Source of the DNA: Spirochaetia bacterium
Lineage (GTDB): Bacteria > Spirochaetota > Spirochaetia > UBA9216
DNA: 64,000 nt
Assembly: GCA_963675665.1 (NCBI GenBank)
Contig: OY776510.1
Coordinates: 3,328,001 to 3,392,000, forward strand
Direction of reading: 5' to 3'
The position numbers were made by a program, and so were the translations under genes. Positions 29,102-37,947 of the stretch are shown here, piece after piece. The notes beneath the pieces are model-generated. The model was not told where the DNA came from and made no database searches. It was given only the letters and a program-made list of their open reading frames with translations. How positions within the stretch are numbered: the stretch's first letter is position 1; each line of letters opens with the position of its first letter.

Positions 29102-29870
29102 AATACAGCATTGCAGAACGGCCCCAGTCGTAAAAGTCTTTTTTAATAGTATCAATTTCAGGCATCTTGTATTCAAGAAGCTCTTTTCCGTCGCCTACAT
29201 ATATTCCATTGCCGATAATCTGGAACGAAAATGATTCTACATGTGATCTGTCTATTGTTTTATTTGATTTTGCCTTGTCGCCTGTAACAGATGAAATACA
29301 GTTAAGCACATGTGGAATTTTATTATCATACATATTACCGAGGTTTCCGGAATCCTGAGGATTGTCGAAATCCGGAATTTTCATATCTGAGAAAACAATC
29401 TTTGGGACAAAAACTTTCTTGCCAGGATTTGTAAGATTTTTGGAAAAATCCTCCGGATCAAGAACGCTTGCTATAACGGGGCTGACAGGACATAACTCCT
29501 GATATATATAGTAATTACGACCGTTTATTGATTCTCTGTAGACATCTTTTTCCAAAGGAAGTACACGCCCGTCTTTTGTAGTAAGAAACATTTTACCAAG
29601 CATTTCAAGTGGGATGTTTTCAAGTGTTCTGTAAACAGAAAGGTAAACAGAATGTTTCGGGTTCCCGTTGGGATGTGAAATACACTTGGCTTTGGCGTAA
29701 TCCCAGTCGAATGAACTGTCGAAGTCGCCTTCAACGTCAAAGAAAATAATCTGTTCGGCAGAACCTTTTTTGGAACCGGTGGCCATATAGGCACCGAATT
29801 GTTCAGCGCCTAATTCCGAAGCGATTAAGGCTTCAGTTGGAAAAATTGAAAGATAATAATGCAAACTCAT
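29100..29870 (-). CDS. Hypothetical protein
   Basis: About 256-aa ORF with strong SD (AGGTGAGGAG); no motif recognised. Confidence 0.75.
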   Translation of the reverse strand: MSLHYYLSIFPTEALIASELGAEQFGAYMATGSKKGSAEQIIFFDVEGDFDSSFDWDYAKAKCISHPNGNPKHSVYLSVYRTLENIPLEMLGKMFLTTKDGRVLPLEKDVYRESINGRNYYIYQELCPVSPVIASVLDPEDFSKNLTNPGKKVFVPKIVFSDMKIPDFDNPQDSGNLGNMYDNKIPHVLNCISSVTGDKAKSNKTIDRSHVESFSFQIIGNGIYVGDGKELLEYKMPEIDTIKKDFYDWGRSAMLY

Positions 29871-30039
29871 ACTCACTCCTCACCTATTAATACAATAAGT
29901 TAAGTATTCTAGTAAAGTCAATAGTAAAAAAAGTCAATATATTTTTAAAAAAAATAGACAATTGTGCAAAATCTATTGATTATTTTCAAACAAGTTAATA
30001 AAGTCAATTACGGGTTAAGTTTTTATGAAGGAGAAATAG

Positions 30040-32082
30040 ATGGTAAATATCTTATATCTGCCATTAGCTGCCGGCGTATTATCAATGCTGTTTGCTTTCT
30101 ACAAATTTAAATGGGTAAGCAAACAACCGGCAGGTAATGAGAAAATGGTTGAAATAAGCACAGCTATCAGGCAGGGGGCAATGGCATTCCTGAAGAGGGA
30201 ATATAAAATACTGTTGCTGATTGCAATTGCTGTGGCCGTTTTGCTCACGCTCCCCGAGAAGGGATTTTTAAAGCTTGTTGCACTATCGTACGCAGTAGGA
30301 GCTGTCTTTTCCGGTCTGGCCGGATTTATCGGAATGAATGCCGCAACAAAAGCAAATTCAAGAACAACGGAAGCTGCAAGACATGGCATTGTTCCCGCCT
30401 TGAGAGTTGCTTTTAACGGCGGAAGCGTAATGGGACTGAGTGTTGTCGGTTTAAGTATCATCGGATTATCAGGACTGACAATAATATACATGAAACTTTT
30501 CGGAACAGATGCATCCGCATTGAACAACACAATTATTCCCATCCTTTCGGGTTATTCTCTCGGCGCAAGTTCGGTTGCTCTCTTTGCCCGTGTAGGCGGA
30601 GGAATATTTACAAAAGCGGCCGATGTCGGTGCGGATCTCGTTGGAAAGGTCGAAACAGGTATTCCGGAAGATGATCCGAGAAACCCTGCAACTATTGCGG
30701 ATAATGTAGGTGATAATGTAGGAGATGTAGCAGGCCTTGGATCGGACCTTTGCGAATCTTATATTGGTTCCATTATAGGCGCAGTAACGCTGGGCGGAAC
30801 TATCGGGAAACCGGAACTCGTAATATTACCGCTTATAATAGCAGGTCTGGGGGTCCTTGTTTCAATGATTGCCACGGCTTTTGTAAGAACAAAAGAGGGC
30901 GGAAACCCTCAGGCTGCCCTGAATTTCGGAACGATAGGTGCGGCAGTTATCATGGTAATTGTATCGGCCCCGATAATAATGTTCTTTGCTCCCGAATCAT
31001 ACACTTCGGGCGGCAAGGTTTACGGCAGCATGGGTATTTTCTATTCAATCATAGTCGGCCTGCTTTCCGGAGTTCTAATAGGAATTATAACTGAATATTA
31101 TACTGCCGACGGCAAAAAACCTGTGCTTGATATTGCAAGACAGTCGCAGACAGGTGCAGCTACAAATATTATTTCAGGTATAGAGAAAGGAATGCTTGCA
31201 ACCGGATTACCGGTAATTATGCTTTCGATCGGGATCTATATTTCATATCTTGCAGCGGGTCTTTACGGAATTGCTTTTGCTGCCCTTGGTATGCTTGCAA
31301 CAACCGGTATACAGCTTGCTGTCGATGCTTACGGACCTATTGCCGACAATGCCGGCGGACTGGCAGAAATGGCGCAGCTTCCGGGAGAAGTCAGGGAAAG
31401 AACCGACAAACTGGATTCGGTTGGAAATACAACCGCTGCAATCGGAAAAGGATTTGCAATAGGATCAGCAGCTTTTACAGCGCTTTCTCTTTTTGTAGCA
31501 TTTAAGGAAAAAGCCGGAATTGAAGTTATTGATATAACCAAACCGATTGTTGTTGTGGGTCTGCTTATAGGCGGAATGCTTCCTTATGTATTTTCTTCCT
31601 TCGTTATAGGAGCTGTCGGACGCGCCGCTTTTAAAATGATCGAAGAAGTTCGCAGACAATTCAGGGAAATTCCCGGCATACTTGAAGGAAACGACAAACC
31701 GGATTACGTAAGTTGCGTTGATATTGCTACAAGCGCAGCTATAAAGGAAATGGTTGTTCCCGGAGTTGCGGCGGTTATTATACCGGTTTTAATCGGATAC
31801 ACAGGCGGTGCTGAAATGCTCGGCGGTGTGCTTGTCGGGGTCACCGTTTCAGGCATAATGCTTGCGCTTTTTATGGCCAATTCGGGCGGCGCTTGGGACA
31901 ATGCGAAGAAATACATTGAATCAGGACAGTACGGCGGAAAGGGTTCTGAAGCACATAAGGCAGCTGTTATCGGAGATACTGTAGGCGATCCTTTCAAGGA
32001 TACTGCAGGGCCGGCCATGGATATTGTAATCAAGCTTATGGCTGTTGTTTCGCTTGTTATTGTTGGAAATATTTCACATTAA
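30040..32082 (+). CDS. hppA: K+-dependent membrane pyrophosphatase, probably Na+-translocating
   Basis: [34 protein letters not shown] (Ala = K+-dependent), helix-6 DLCESY Glu typical of Na+-PPases, [11 protein letters not shown]. Confidence 0.93.
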   Translation: MVNILYLPLAAGVLSMLFAFYKFKWVSKQPAGNEKMVEISTAIRQGAMAFLKREYKILLLIAIAVAVLLTLPEKGFLKLVALSYAVGAVFSGLAGFIGMNAATKANSRTTEAARHGIVPALRVAFNGGSVMGLSVVGLSIIGLSGLTIIYMKLFGTDASALNNTIIPILSGYSLGASSVALFARVGGGIFTKAADVGADLVGKVETGIPEDDPRNPATIADNVGDNVGDVAGLGSDLCESYIGSIIGAVTLGGTIGKPELVILPLIIAGLGVLVSMIATAFVRTKEGGNPQAALNFGTIGAAVIMVIVSAPIIMFFAPESYTSGGKVYGSMGIFYSIIVGLLSGVLIGIITEYYTADGKKPVLDIARQSQTGAATNIISGIEKGMLATGLPVIMLSIGIYISYLAAGLYGIAFAALGMLATTGIQLAVDAYGPIADNAGGLAEMAQLPGEVRERTDKLDSVGNTTAAIGKGFAIGSAAFTALSLFVAFKEKAGIEVIDITKPIVVVGLLIGGMLPYVFSSFVIGAVGRAAFKMIEEVRRQFREIPGILEGNDKPDYVSCVDIATSAAIKEMVVPGVAAVIIPVLIGYTGGAEMLGGVLVGVTVSGIMLALFMANSGGAWDNAKKYIESGQYGGKGSEAHKAAVIGDTVGDPFKDTAGPAMDIVIKLMAVVSLVIVGNISH

Positions 32083-32100
32083 AAAACAAAATAAAAACGG

Positions 32101-32125
32101 GGGTCCGGACAGGACCCTTTTTTTT
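32101..32125 (+). terminator. Intrinsic terminator
   Basis: GGGTCC/GGACCC stem followed by T8. Confidence 0.8.
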
Positions 32126-32147
32126 GATGATATGCATAAGATGTAGA

Positions 32148-32513
32148 TTATGAGAGCATGCTGATCCAGAATTCCTTAAATGTATTCAATTCTTCAAGAA
32201 TTGGTTTTTCAAGTTCCCTGCAGCCGGCGATATCACCGATTGCCGAGTTTTTTTCATATTCGGCAAGCAGTTCAACACAACGAAAACCTCCGGATTCTAT
32301 ACAGAAGTTTTTCATGTCGCCTATATGGAAAGAAATACAGTTGAAATGATTTTCACGGCAAGTTTCAGAGTTATTGAAAAAGATTTTAATATTGCCCAGC
32401 AGATAAAAATAACGTTCGAGAAAAGATGAGACAATAAGGTTTTCAGACGCTCCGGCTGACAGACGTTCAGTAACTAATATGCTTTGTTGTAAAAAATTTT
32501 TGCCAAAATCCAT
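32148..32513 (-). CDS. Small helical protein, possibly Hpt-like
   Basis: 121 aa; weak resemblance of FHIGDMKNFCIESGG...LLAEYE to the Hpt pattern. Confidence 0.45.
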   Translation of the reverse strand: MDFGKNFLQQSILVTERLSAGASENLIVSSFLERYFYLLGNIKIFFNNSETCRENHFNCISFHIGDMKNFCIESGGFRCVELLAEYEKNSAIGDIAGCRELEKPILEELNTFKEFWISMLS

Positions 32514-32549
32514 ATCTATACTTAATACTAATGGAGCAGAAAGCTGAAA

Positions 32550-33998
32550 TCAAGTTTTATAACGCAAATTCGGATTTTTAACCGCTGCTGTTTCATCCGG
32601 TCTGCATACAGAACTACCGGTCGGACAGTCTGCGAAATATTCAGGCCTGTTGTCCGCAATGTCTGCAAGAGCAGTAAATGCGTCGGCGAAAGCATCAAGC
32701 GTTTCTTTTGATTCTGTTTCCGTAGGTTCAATCATAACGGCTTCTTTAACATTCAGCGGGAAATAAATAGTCGGAGGATGAAAGCCTACATCTATCAGCG
32801 CCTTTGCAAAATCATTGGCCCTGACGCCGGAATCAGCATAATCTTTTAATGAAATTACAAATTCATGTAAGGTATCTTCCGGAAAAGGAATATTAAATTT
32901 GTCCTTAAGTTTATATTTGAGGTAATTTGCGTTAAGAACGGCATTTTCAGATGCTTCAATCAGACCTTCTTTGCCCATATAAAGGATATATGCATAAGCC
33001 CTGAGCAGGATACCGAAATTGCCGTAAAACGGAGAAATATAACCGATAGAATCGGGCCGGTTATAATCAAGAGCATAACTTCCGTCTTCACGCATAATAA
33101 TTCTTGAAACGGGTAAAAACCTGGACAGGAAATCTTTAACGCCTACCGGACCGGCTCCCGGGCCTCCGCCGCCATGCGGGGTGGAAAAGGTTTTATGAAG
33201 ATTTAAATGGACAATATCAAAACCGAGATCGCCCGGCCTTGCTTTCCCCATAATTGCGTTCATATTTGCACCGTCATAATACATCAGGGCCCCGTGACTG
33301 TGGGCAAAGTCCGTAATTTCTTTGATGTGCGGGTTAAAAATTCCGAGCGTGTTGGGACATGTAAGCATGACGCCTGCTGTGTGTTCGTCAACAGCGTTTC
33401 GATATTCATTCATATCCATAACGCCCTTTGAATCGGATTTGATGGTTTTTACTTTATAACCCGCAATGGCTGCACTTGCCGGATTTGTTCCGTGGCCGGA
33501 ATCGGGAATAATAATGTATTCACGTTTGTCCCCCCTTGATTTATGGTAAGCGGCAATAAGCATGACCCCGGTCAGTTCTCCATGTGCTCCCGCCATCGGC
33601 TGGGTAGTAAAAGAGTGCATACCGGTAATTTCGGAAAGAAGTTTTTCAAGGCTGAAAATAACCTGCATGGCCCCCTGGGTAAGCATTCCCCCCTTAATAA
33701 GTTGCGGCTGAAGAGGATGAAGAGAAGCAAAACTTTCCAAAGAAGCAATCTTTTCAGTGAATCTGGGATTATATTTCATTGTGCATGAGCCCAACGGATA
33801 AAAATGTGTATCCACACTGAAATTCTGCCTGGACAGGTTGGTGAAATGCCTGACTACTTCAGGTTCACTGACGGAAGGAAGCCCGGTGTTATCTAATCTG
33901 AGATATACCTCATCCAGAGGCTGGGCCTCGGGAACATCAGGCGAAGGAAGCTTTAACCCGGCTTTATCAAAATCGGACTTATCAAAAATCAGCTCCAT
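32550..33998 (-). CDS. gcvPB: Glycine dehydrogenase subunit 2
   Basis: FYPLGSCTMKYNP, AGAHGE, HGTNPASA, HLNLHKTFSTPHGGGGPG, MIEPTETE. Confidence 0.96.
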   Translation of the reverse strand: MELIFDKSDFDKAGLKLPSPDVPEAQPLDEVYLRLDNTGLPSVSEPEVVRHFTNLSRQNFSVDTHFYPLGSCTMKYNPRFTEKIASLESFASLHPLQPQLIKGGMLTQGAMQVIFSLEKLLSEITGMHSFTTQPMAGAHGELTGVMLIAAYHKSRGDKREYIIIPDSGHGTNPASAAIAGYKVKTIKSDSKGVMDMNEYRNAVDEHTAGVMLTCPNTLGIFNPHIKEITDFAHSHGALMYYDGANMNAIMGKARPGDLGFDIVHLNLHKTFSTPHGGGGPGAGPVGVKDFLSRFLPVSRIIMREDGSYALDYNRPDSIGYISPFYGNFGILLRAYAYILYMGKEGLIEASENAVLNANYLKYKLKDKFNIPFPEDTLHEFVISLKDYADSGVRANDFAKALIDVGFHPPTIYFPLNVKEAVMIEPTETESKETLDAFADAFTALADIADNRPEYFADCPTGSSVCRPDETAAVKNPNLRYKT

Positions 33999-35332
33999 AA
34001 TACATCCTCCAGGGCGTCGGCAAAGCGGATGATTTCGTGTTTTGTACGCTTTTCGGTTACGGCAATCAGCAGATAATCTTCCATGTGCGGATAATATCTT
34101 CCCAGCGGAAAGCCGGCGGCTATTCCCCGTTCAATCATTTTACCTATAACCTCGTTTGCATTTACAGGAAGTTGAATAGTAAATTCATTGAAAGTCGGTG
34201 AACTGTCCATTACATTCACGCCTTTGATTTCGGATAAACGCTGTTTGGCGAATTCCGATTTGTTTCTGCATTGAGCGGCAAGCTGTTTCAATCCCTTGTC
34301 GCCGAGCAGGCTCATATAGATTAGTGCACGTAAAGCGCAGAGGGCCTGGTTGGAACAGATATTGGAAGTAGCTTTTTCCCTGCGTATATGCTGTTCACGC
34401 GTTTGCATCGTGAGAACATAGGCAGTTCTGTTCTTTATGTCCAGGGTGCTTCCGCATATTCTTCCGGGCATCATTCTAAGATATTCCTGTTTGCAGGCCA
34501 TGAAGCCAAGGTATGGGCCTCCGAAGGAGAGAGGAATGCCGAGGCTCTGACCTTCGCCGGTTACGATATCAACATCCATGTCGGCGGGAGTCTTCAGCAT
34601 GCCGAGGGAAACAGGGTATACGCTGGAAATCACAAGGGCTCCGTGTTCATGGGCTTTTTGTACAATGTCGCTGTGATTATCCACCGCTCCGAAGAAATTC
34701 GGATTCTGGAGAATGATTGCCGCGGTATCATCATCAATATGTTTATACAGTTCTTCACGATCGCTCTGACCGTGACAGACGGGAACTTCGGAAAATCCTA
34801 TATCCAGATTTGTTGTATAGCTTCTGATCATTTTCCGATAGATGGGGCTGACACCTCCGTCCATAACAATTTTGTTTCGTTTTGTAATACGAACGGACAT
34901 CATGGCAGCTTCATATAAAGCCGTTCCGCCGTCGTAAAGAGAAGCATTTGCAACATCCATTCCCGTAATACTGCATATGCAGCTTTGGAATTCATAAATG
35001 GCCTGAAGGGTTCCCTGGGATGCTTCAGGCTGGTAAGGAGTATAGGCTGTAAAAAACTCGCCCCGTGAAACAAGCGAATCTACTGCCGCAGGAATGTAGT
35101 GATCATAAAACCCGCCGCCGATAAAATACGTAAGATTATTTACATTTTTAGAACCGAGCTCACGTATATAATGCTCAACTTCAAATTCTGATTTGCCTTC
35201 GGGCAGATTGAACGACTGCGCACGCAGTTCAGGCCTGATAGCTTTAAAAAGCTGTTCAACAGAGCCGTCCGGTATGCCTATCTTTTCAAGCATTACGGAC
35301 CTTGATGACGATCCGTTAGGAAAATAACTCAA
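33989..35332 (-). CDS. gcvPA: Glycine dehydrogenase subunit 1
   Basis: FTAYTPYQPEASQGTLQ, NASLYDG, GGPYLG, REQHIRREKATSNICSNQ; TTG start. Confidence 0.95.
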   Translation of the reverse strand: MSYFPNGSSSRSVMLEKIGIPDGSVEQLFKAIRPELRAQSFNLPEGKSEFEVEHYIRELGSKNVNNLTYFIGGGFYDHYIPAAVDSLVSRGEFFTAYTPYQPEASQGTLQAIYEFQSCICSITGMDVANASLYDGGTALYEAAMMSVRITKRNKIVMDGGVSPIYRKMIRSYTTNLDIGFSEVPVCHGQSDREELYKHIDDDTAAIILQNPNFFGAVDNHSDIVQKAHEHGALVISSVYPVSLGMLKTPADMDVDIVTGEGQSLGIPLSFGGPYLGFMACKQEYLRMMPGRICGSTLDIKNRTAYVLTMQTREQHIRREKATSNICSNQALCALRALIYMSLLGDKGLKQLAAQCRNKSEFAKQRLSEIKGVNVMDSSPTFNEFTIQLPVNANEVIGKMIERGIAAGFPLGRYYPHMEDYLLIAVTEKRTKHEIIRFADALEDVLWS

Positions 35333-35346
35333 AATATTACTCCTGC

Positions 35347-35727
35347 TTAATCAAGTTCTTCAAGATAATCCTTGTAATTTTGAGGACTCATCAGGTCAGC
35401 CGGAACATCTCCTGTTATCCTGACTTTGAGAATCCAGCCGTCAGAATACGGAGAAGTGTTGATTATCTCAGGAGTATTTAAAAGAGCCTGGTTAACCTCA
35501 GTGATCTCGCAATCAAAGGGGCAGTACACTGAACTGACAGCCTTTACAGACTCAAGCGTAACAGGGCTGTCTCCGGCCTTAAAAGTTTCCTCTGCAGCCG
35601 GAAGTTCGGCATATGTGATGTCGCCGAGCTCTTCCTGTGCGTATTCTGTAATTCCGATTAAAGCAGTATCATTTTCAATAAGTAACCATTCATGCTCTCT
35701 GGTATAAAGTAAATTTTCCGGCAGCAT
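35347..35727 (-). CDS. gcvH: Glycine cleavage H protein
   Basis: YTREHEW, GITEYAQEELGDI, ESVKAVS lipoyl-Lys, NTSPYSDGW. Confidence 0.96.
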   Translation of the reverse strand: MLPENLLYTREHEWLLIENDTALIGITEYAQEELGDITYAELPAAEETFKAGDSPVTLESVKAVSSVYCPFDCEITEVNQALLNTPEIINTSPYSDGWILKVRITGDVPADLMSPQNYKDYLEELD

Positions 35728-35745
35728 TTAAATAACCTCCCGCCG

Positions 35746-36828
35746 TTAAACAAACGGCAATTTAATAATTTCAGCGTTAATAACTATATTATCATGTCTG
35801 AAGCAGACTGCGGTTCCAACAGCAGAATAATTCAGATTTAATAAACAAAGACCTATACCTCTTTGAAGCGACGGCGAATAGGCGCCGCTTGTAACATAAC
35901 CGATCCCTGTATCCTGATAAAATGCCCTGTATCCGTCACGTGCAGAGCGACGGCCTTCACAAAGAAAGGGCACCAATAAATTATCAGGTTTATCAAGAGC
36001 CTTTTTTTCAAGAGTATCTTTACCGATAAATTCTTTATTTAAATCAACAAACTTCATAAGGTTTGCTTCTACCGGCGTGATATTACCGGTTATGTCGTGT
36101 CCGTAAAGAGAATAACCTTTTTCAAGTCTGAGAGAATCTCTGGCACCGAGGCCGGCTGGAAGAACCGATTTGATTTTTATGAATTCGCGCCAGAGTTCAG
36201 GCGCTGCTTCAGACGGTAAAAAGAATTCAAAACCTTTTTCGCCTGTATATCCTGTAGCGCTGACAGTTCCTTTCCAGCTGTTAAAACGGAATTCCTGAAA
36301 AGTAAATTTTTTTAATTTTGAGAATTTTATACCGGGGATAATTTCGGAAGCAGTTTCACAGGAAAGAGGCCCCTGCAGGTCTATTTTAGCTGTACCGGAA
36401 GAAACATCGGTAATTGAAGTACCTGGAGAGATATGGTTTATAAGCCAATCCAAATCAGCATCAATCCTTCCGGCGTTTACAACGAGCATGAATTTATTAT
36501 CAGAGTAGCGGTAAACAATACAGTCGTCAATGAAGCAACCTGCGTCGTCAAGAAAGAAACCGTAACGGCAGCTGCCGTGTTTCATGTTAGAAATTTGACG
36601 CGTGAAAATATATTCAAGATCTTTTACTGATGCATCGCCGCCGATAATGATTTCGCCCATATGAGAAATGTCGAATATTGTATTAGCGCTTCGGGTATGG
36701 AGATGTTCTTCAATAATACTGCTGTACTGTACAGGTAAGAGCCAGCCGGAAAAATCTACAAATTTTGCATTTAAAGTGCATTGTTCAGTGTATAGAGAAG
36801 TTTTTTGAGGAAAAACTCGATATTCCAT
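35746..36828 (-). CDS. gcvT: Aminomethyltransferase (glycine cleavage T)
   Basis: DFSGWLLPVQY, FDISHMGE, LQGP, TGYTGEKGFE, GLGARDSLRLEKG. Confidence 0.95.
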   Translation of the reverse strand: MEYRVFPQKTSLYTEQCTLNAKFVDFSGWLLPVQYSSIIEEHLHTRSANTIFDISHMGEIIIGGDASVKDLEYIFTRQISNMKHGSCRYGFFLDDAGCFIDDCIVYRYSDNKFMLVVNAGRIDADLDWLINHISPGTSITDVSSGTAKIDLQGPLSCETASEIIPGIKFSKLKKFTFQEFRFNSWKGTVSATGYTGEKGFEFFLPSEAAPELWREFIKIKSVLPAGLGARDSLRLEKGYSLYGHDITGNITPVEANLMKFVDLNKEFIGKDTLEKKALDKPDNLLVPFLCEGRRSARDGYRAFYQDTGIGYVTSGAYSPSLQRGIGLCLLNLNYSAVGTAVCFRHDNIVINAEIIKLPFV

Positions 36829-36890
36829 AAAATCCCTGCTGAAAACATAAAATAATTTTTAATTATATAATGTAAATGTAAATATTACAA

Positions 36891-36915
36891 TAAAAAATGG
36901 GCGCAAAAAGCGCCC
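36891..36915 (-). terminator. Putative terminator after rubrerythrin
   Basis: GGGCGC/GCGCCC stem with a T-rich run following on the minus strand. Confidence 0.55.
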
Positions 36916-36924
36916 GGAAAAAAA

Positions 36925-37446
36925 TTATAAATCCATATTAGCCGGTTCGTAATATTCTTTTGCATGGTTGCAGCAGGGACATTTCGCAGGTGGTTCAGCA
37001 GCTTCAACGATATAACCGCAAACACTGCATTTCCAGGCAATCGGTTTGTCTCTTTTGTAAACCGTACCGTTTTTAACCATTTCAAGAAGATTTTTATATC
37101 TGTCGCGATGATGCATCTCAACCTTGCGAATCTGGTTGAACAGGTTGGCAGCCTCAGTGTTGCCTTCTTCAGATGCTTCACGTGCAAAATCAGCATACAT
37201 CGTCTGTACTTCGTAATCCTCGCCTTCAAAGGCAGCCTTGAGATTTTCAGCGGTATCCCCGATGCCGCCAAGCATCGTAAATTCGTCTTTTGCATGACGC
37301 ATTTCATTATCAGCAGTCTCTTCAAAGATTTTTGCTATATAATGATAACCTTCCTTGCGGGCCTGTTTTGCCCAGAATGTGTATTTATTCCTTGCCTGTG
37401 ATTCTCCTGCAAATGCGGACTGCAGATTTTCTTCAGTTTTACTCAT
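36925..37446 (-). CDS. rbr: Rubrerythrin
   Basis: AFAGESQARNKY, E..HA, E..E...MY, E..H di-iron motifs; WKCSVCGY...CPCC rubredoxin-like tail. Confidence 0.95.
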   Translation of the reverse strand: MSKTEENLQSAFAGESQARNKYTFWAKQARKEGYHYIAKIFEETADNEMRHAKDEFTMLGGIGDTAENLKAAFEGEDYEVQTMYADFAREASEEGNTEAANLFNQIRKVEMHHRDRYKNLLEMVKNGTVYKRDKPIAWKCSVCGYIVEAAEPPAKCPCCNHAKEYYEPANMDL

Positions 37447-37604
37447 AATTTACTTCCTCCGATTAAGTGATTAGTATATATAGTATAAATGATAATTTTT
37501 AAGCCCACAAGGCAAATCGGAAAAAAGATATACTAAATTATATAATTGTTTTACCAGTAAGGTTTTAATACTGCCAAAAAGTTGAAATAAATTATGGAAA
37601 ACCG

Positions 37605-37633
37605 TTGACATAAAATTCATTATCGTTTATCTT
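37605..37633 (+). promoter_or_regulatory. Sigma70-type promoter of tRNA-Asn
   Basis: TTGACA-17 bp-TATCTT. Confidence 0.7.
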
Positions 37634-37690
37634 ATCCAAGCATTTTAAAGTGTTTAGGCACTTTAAAAGTGTTTTAACACTTTTTTGCAT

Positions 37691-37763
37691 TCCCCTGTAG
37701 CTCAGCTGGTAGAGCGGGTGGCTGTTAACCACTAGGTCGGCAGTTCAAGTCTGTCCGGGGGAG
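37691..37763 (+). tRNA. tRNA-Asn (GTT)
   Basis: Cloverleaf: TCCCCTG/CGGGGGA acceptor, GGTGG-CTGTTAA-CCACT anticodon arm, GTTCAA T-loop; CCA not encoded. Confidence 0.97.
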
Positions 37764-37779
37764 CGAATAATAAACAGTG

Positions 37780-37808
37780 AAAAGGAGCAGCATAGGCTGC
37801 TCCTTTTT
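37780..37808 (+). terminator. Intrinsic terminator after tRNA-Asn
   Basis: AAAAGGAGCAG/CTGCTCCTTTTT stem. Confidence 0.85.
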
Positions 37809-37947
37809 GTTTCATTACCTACAAGCCGGGCTCTTCGATAGAAAAAACAGCTATACTTCTTAAAATAAAGATTGATATTATAATTCCGCCGCGTTAATAA
37901 TATAGTTATAGAAAATCAAAAATATGATGAGTCAGGTTAAGGTTATT

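Noticed and set aside
23773-36828. Selenocysteine or programmed frameshift in the redox and glycine genes
   Set aside because: These ORFs appear full length, with no in-frame TGA or broken frame.
37485-37503. Fur/PerR box upstream of rubrerythrin
   Set aside because: Only 12 of 19 matches to the Fur consensus in very AT-rich DNA; plausible but unsupported.
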